From NCBI GenBank assembly GCA_040954595.2, contig CM082586.2, positions 8,711,337 through 8,775,336 of the forward strand: 64,000 bases of DNA, read 5' to 3'. The notes under the pieces are model-generated. The model did not search any database. It was not told where the DNA came from and was given only the letters and a program-made list of their open reading frames with translations. Within the stretch, counting starts at the first letter, position 1; each line of letters opens with the position of its first letter. Shown piece after piece: positions 58,901 to 64,000 of the stretch. The position numbers and the translations under genes were made by a program. Origin of the DNA: Balanoglossus misakiensis (Eukaryota; Animalia; Hemichordata).

Positions 58901-61110
58901 ACATGGCTCTTATACATGTATGATGTACGTACTTAGACACACTTGGCAGTCTGTAAAATGTAGCAAATCACACTGGTTTGCAAGTGTATTGGTCTGAGGG
59001 TCTTGTATAGGCCCTACTGAGTAACATGCACTTGGCAGTCTAACAGGCCTGGGAGCCAGGATTCTAGGCACCCTGGACATCAAACCAGTTTCAACTGACT
59101 TGGCAGTGGTAGGGTTATATGAAGTAACCAGGATTCCCCAGTCATTTTACCTGGGTTCCCCTTGGTAGACAACATGTTACCAGCGGTCCCAAATAAGTTA
59201 CCAATGTTCTCCAACCTTAGAAAAAACAACACACGATATCACAGAATTTTTATTTGTGCTATGTTTGATTCATATTGACTGTTTTCTCATTCCTTTTGAT
59301 TTCAGAGTTGCTGACTGTTTGCTGCTACACTTTGCGGAGGGAGTGCCTTTTAATAATGTTGATAGATACAAGTTTATACAAGATGGTGTTGCATACAGAG
59401 TGACAGCAGTGGTGCAATACATACAGAATCCCAAACACTTTGTGACGTGGTGCAGAGACCACCATGGTAAGTACATTGCTGCATCAAGTGGCATGGGAAG
59501 TAACAGCTTTTTTAGCGCATGCAAAATTTTGTTGTTCTTGGTGCCAGCAATTCATGGTTACAGTTGCAGGATGGGGCAATATTATTTGCCCATTGAAGAG
59601 ACAGAGAGACTGATTCTGCATGCTTCAATAACATTTATTTGCTTAAAACATTTTCGATATTCTTCACATCTTGTCTTTTTGAACAGATAATTGGCTGAAG
59701 TGTGATGACTTGGAGTCTTGTGTTACCCAGTGGAGTAAAGATGCGCCAACATTCCCAGGTTCAGAGACGCATATCGTGCTGTGGGAAAGACAAAATGCTG
59801 AGGTCAAAGGTCAAGAAGGCAAGGCTGTCTCTGCAAGAGCCCCAGCTGATGGTGCAGCTTTACCTACTGAAAGTACTGCATCAGAGTTGATCATTGTACC
59901 ACAGAGTGCTGCATTGAAGAAGCCAATGTCTACCTCTAGTGATTGTGACCTGTCATCATCCTGTAAAGGCTGGACAGCAACATCAGCAGATCACACAACT
60001 GCACTGCAATGTAGTGGAGATGTTGTTGCAGGTGCCACAGTAATTGACACCTTGCCATCCTCCAAGACTGCAGTAACACAGCTTCATAAGGACTCCATTC
60101 CTGACACAAACAACAGCAATGCAAATGTACAAATTCCCGATGCAGTAAGAACTAACACAGCACAGGAGAAAACAGCTGAACTCAACAGCAGTGCCTTAAC
60201 CGAGACATTTACCACAAAGTTCTCGCGGGATTCTGTCATTATCAGCCCAGTCAAAGACAAGAAAACAAGACAAGATAGAATGTTCACAGCTACAAGGGAG
60301 TCTCTGTCATCTGGTGATGTCCGTATGGACAGTGGTAGCCCCCTGATCACCTCAACTGCTGGGAAGGTGAACAATTACCTGACACTTGTAACACAGGGTA
60401 GAGGAAATCGTCGGACTGCCATGGCAACTGGTAAAGCTGCCAGTATACTGAGTAAAATTCCTTCCAAAATGCTGAATACAAGGCCGCAGCGACGAACAAC
60501 GCAACTTGAGAGTCGATTGAAATCGTCGGCCGCTAGTGTGAAGAATTTGCCATCATCTGTAAATGTTGTCAGTGGTGTGAAACATGGCATTGTGAACTCG
60601 GTAGCCAGATCTACTCCCACAGTCATTGGTGCAAATAAATTTGCTTCATATAACAGTAGAACTGTAGGTAAAAAACAGTTTTCTGGGTATGTATCTGATA
60701 GACAAAAGTCTGTCAGTTTGGTCTCATTTGAGAGCAACCCTGGCAAAACAGGCTACAACTATACGGGTATAGAACCATACAATAATGCAGTGGTGTTGGA
60801 TTATGATGTACAAACAACGGTGCCGGAGAATTGTTGGGCCAAGAGGCCCAGTAGTGTCAGTTTCTCTGATCAAAACAGTCCAAGCAGTCTCTCCTCAGTC
60901 AGTTCACAATCCTCTAGGGATGATCTCTTCTCTTGTGTCCACGATGAACTTTATAAAGCCCTGGATATCTGCAGCGACACTAGCTGTGTCACTTCCAGAG
61001 CTGCTAGTCCAATCACTGACGATTTCTTCACCAATCTCATCTCAGATGATGCGGTGCAAAATGACAAAATGATGGCAGAAGTCATCAGTGAGCTTAATGA
61101 CATTATTTAA
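55786..61110 (+). CDS. USPL1: SUMO-specific isopeptidase USPL1 (peptidase C98), 5 coding exons, ~941 aa (alternative start ATG 55828)
   Basis: N-terminal CPIC...INLNEAVWICDNVQCPYPL Cys motif. Catalytic Cys in LQWQNKEALCWLD, His in KHFVTW, Asp in WLKCDDL; LLLHFAEGVP. All introns GT-AG and in phase. Confidence 0.92.
56516..56827. mobile_element. Family-E piggyBac-like MITE
   Basis: TTAA|ccct ... aggg|TTAA. Confidence 0.85.
57010..57959 (+). CDS. USPL1: USPL1 coding exon 2 (catalytic Cys)
   Basis: CPYPLG...QWQNKEALCWLD...LQPTLNCKLG..DSPV.ALP...WKFSCSKCGY. Confidence 0.93.
58464..58589 (+). CDS. USPL1: USPL1 coding exon 3
   Basis: IVSFPNV...PCYQC....Q. Confidence 0.88.
58794..59114. mobile_element. 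Family-E piggyBac-like MITE (a rearranged fragment also lies at ~57976-58120)
   Basis: Interior matches 56516-56827. Confidence 0.75.
59306..59466 (+). CDS. USPL1: USPL1 coding exon 4 (catalytic His)
   Basis: LLLHFAEGVP...YRVTAVVQY...KHFVTW. Confidence 0.92.
59687..61110 (+). CDS. USPL1: USPL1 coding exon 5 (catalytic Asp + low-complexity tail)
   Basis: NWLKCDDL...FPGSETHIVLWER then S/T-rich tail to TAA. Confidence 0.9.
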
Positions 61111-62721
61111 CCCAAGCCCCATTACCCGAGATGTCATTCAGAACGATGAAATTTCCTGTGTTGCACAAATGTTCACTTGCGCCGGTTATTTGTTTGAAAC
61201 AAACCTTAGTTTTCATGTTGGGGTATGTATGTATACAGCTTTTCATTGCACTGCCCGGTAATGTTCTTGTTTGTCAGGAAATATGCCTGCTACAGTGAAA
61301 CCTGTCTGAACCAAACACCAAAGGGACTGAAAAAATTGTTTGGTTTGTAGAGGTTCTTTTAACATGTGGTTCTATGTGAAAGAGAAAGAAAAATATGTTT
61401 GGTATAGACAGGTTTCCAGATTAGACAGGTTTTGCTGTACTACATGCAGATTCATCAATATAGCAACTTTCATTCAAAAATGTACAAAAACAACAGTCCA
61501 TATTATTTACAGTATGTCCCAATCCACTTTTCAGTTCATCAAGTGCCCTCATCCCCAATTTGAAATTATGACACCACAATACAAAAATGATGAAAGGCAG
61601 TTTCTGAGAGAACAAGCAGTTACTTTGTTTTACCCCACCTACATGTATCTTCAAAGAGGTAGCTTTCTCTACATAACTTGGTTTGTAATTGGATTTGAAG
61701 AGACGGTAGAATAATATGTTAACTTCATTATGACCACATTTAAATGTGTGGAAATGACATTTTGATATTTTTATATGTGTAAATAAAAATGCCAAAACAA
61801 AAGTAATTATTAAGATGTTATGTTGTTGCATACCAGAACCAATGAAGAACAATTCATACTTGTTAGAAGATGACTTGTACATAGCCAGTTTTAATCGAAA
61901 ATAATAAATTCTGTTGTTATCTCTGCCTTTCTCAGCTGACATTTAAAATGGCATGGATGAAACCTAAATAATGCATCTTTAAAATTGACCATAACATTTT
62001 TTGCTTTGAATTTCTGTTTGTTACTGAATGTATCAATTTTTAAATTATAGTTTGTAATTAGTAAACAAATGTACTTTAATAGTGCCAAGAGCACACACAA
62101 AAAAGTATGTGGTCGACTTTATACGCACAAATAAAATTACTCTCTGTGTGAATATATCCATATGTGTAATTAGTTTATTGTTTATCCACAACTGAATTTT
62201 AGCCAAGATTGAAATTCACTTCAGGACAAACATGTATCAACATTCTATAAATCACTTGACCTCGCAACTTTAGATACTCTACAGAGAAAATATTCTTCAA
62301 AGTGTGATGCATTGATTCATCGACTCCCTGATTTATCGACTGCCAGTACCATGGATGGATTGTAGGATTTTAACTCTCCCTCCTTTGTGAAGGTATACAG
62401 GTATGTGCTGACCAATTCTTTAAAACAAAATTCCTATGCAAGAGAAAAACGGTAATTGGCCAGAACATTTGAACAGTAATCCTTAAAAATGGGTTGGATT
62501 TTCAGCATTTTACACAGGTCGATATTTTCAAGCGGGGCAGCAGACTCCCATCGAAGATTGTTCAAAGCACCCCCCCCCCCCCCCCCCCCCCGGGGTGTCA
62601 GCCAGTAAGATGGAGGCGTGCATAATTGTTTAGAAACTGCTTTATCTGTTCAAATGTCTTTGGCTCAGTTTATAGAAACTATTGCAGATACAATGGAGGC
62701 CTACACCCAAGGAGGAATTAA

Positions 62722-63114
62722 AGGCACATAAGCTGCAACTTTTGGGATAATTATCATAATTTTAGTTTCAAACTGTACTACCACTAGTCCATGCAGTTGA
62801 AGGCAGTGAACTATACACTTGTAAGCATTATAAACCCTAAATATAAGTGAATATGCAAGTTTTAACCAGATAAATAATAAAGGTTTGCCGCAAGCGATTA
62901 TGGCCGCCACTGTGGGATAATGCAAGAAACAATGAAAATTTTGCATTTTCGGTTATGAAACTTCATAAACAAAACATGATCTCATCCACTTGAGCTCATG
63001 GAAGTAAATGTACACTGCTGAGACATTATATTTTCATTTAATAGACATAATTAAAAGCATATATGAGATTATTTAAATCTTTAATTTTTTTATCCTGTTG
63101 CAGCTCATGTACCT
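62722..63114. mobile_element. TTAA-TSD MITE, same family as 51510-53844 (opposite orientation, internal deletion)
   Basis: TTAA|aggcacataagctgcaac ... gttgcagctcatgtacct|TTAA; interior is the reverse complement of ~53530-53844 and ~51510-51590. Confidence 0.85.
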
Positions 63115-64000
63115 TTAAGATTGGCTTGACAATTTGCGCACTTATTGACCTGCAATTAACAAATAAACATCAGAAATGGATTCTACTTTATAAACACATT
63201 TAATAAATGAGATATTACACCTAATCGTGGGACAAGAAGAGCAAAAATTCAATTACCCATTGCACAAGGTGAGACGCATCACTGAGGCCGAACGGACCCG
63301 TAAACTTTGAAGGCTTGACTCCCTCTGTGATGAACTGCAAAATGACAGACCTGTAGGCTGCAGTAATAATATCCATATCTGTTATGAGTTTATTGTTTAA
63401 CCACAACTAAATTTTAGCCGCGTTTGAACTTCACTTCAGGACATACACATGCATCAACATATTAAATCACTTGACCATGAAACTGTAGAGAAATATTCTT
63501 CAAAATGTGATGCATTGAGTGATCAACTGCCAATGCCATGAACAAGCACAAACTTACCATGGCGCAGATACTGAAAGCCCAAGCCCGGGGAGTTTTGCAG
63601 ACATATATTTTTGGAAAGTCTATTTGTCCAGTTGTCGGAATCAGGTTGTTTGCACTCATATTAATGGTGGGTGTGGCCATCAGGAGCTGTTGTCATGGTA
63701 ATGGAAGCATAATTTTAGGGGTACTCATACAGTTAAAAATTAAGATATTTCAGGATCTGAGAAAGGTAGAGTTAAAATTCAAACATTCAGTATGGACTAT
63801 CCAATGGTTATATGACAGACAAGGTCAGAGGTCAAGTTTATCTTCAGAACATGGTGTCAAAGTGACAATGTTGCTAAATTTTTGCCTATTGATCATGTAT
63901 AGTTTTGATTTACTGGAAGACAGTTTGCTCGAGGAGGCTGTAAATTGGTCATCAGGTAGCAAGGAACATTAGCTTTAAGAAAAATAGGATTCATGTCTTT

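Noticed and set aside
61340-61942. 124-aa and 173-aa ORFs downstream of USPL1
   Set aside because: AT-rich 3' UTR/repeat sequence (shares a block with ~41020-41100); no motifs
63538-63972. 144-aa plus-strand ORF
   Set aside because: No recognisable domain or coding-like composition; splice signals here favour the minus strand

Overview
AT-rich, intron-rich animal genomic DNA; gene content and repeat landscape suggest a marine invertebrate deuterostome (inference). Five genes were reconstructed by hand from GT-AG sites with consistent exon phases. (1) The 5' part of a SUSD2/mesh-like IPT/TIG protein gene (- strand, 646-3131, probably continuing left). (2) A 26-exon DENND3-like Rab-GEF gene (+, 4850-43460, ~1257 aa). 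(3) A single-coding-exon vertebrate-type (single cysteine cluster) Toll-like receptor nested antisense in the 12.5-kb intron 12 of DENND3, plus a tandem-duplicated, N-terminally truncated but still open second copy (LRR-LRRCT-TM-TIR). (4) RITA1 (-, 47119-47745). (5) The USPL1 SUMO isopeptidase (+, 55786-61110), apparently preceded by spliced uORFs. Introns and intergenic DNA are dense in non-autonomous DNA transposons: Kolobok-type, piggyBac-type and PIF/Harbinger-type MITEs, a 9-bp-TSD foldback element in the TLR 5' region, and a 1.8-kb Kolobok-type foldback carrying THAP-like and P2X7-ballast/KolX-like relics. No database searches were possible; family assignments rest on recalled motifs.
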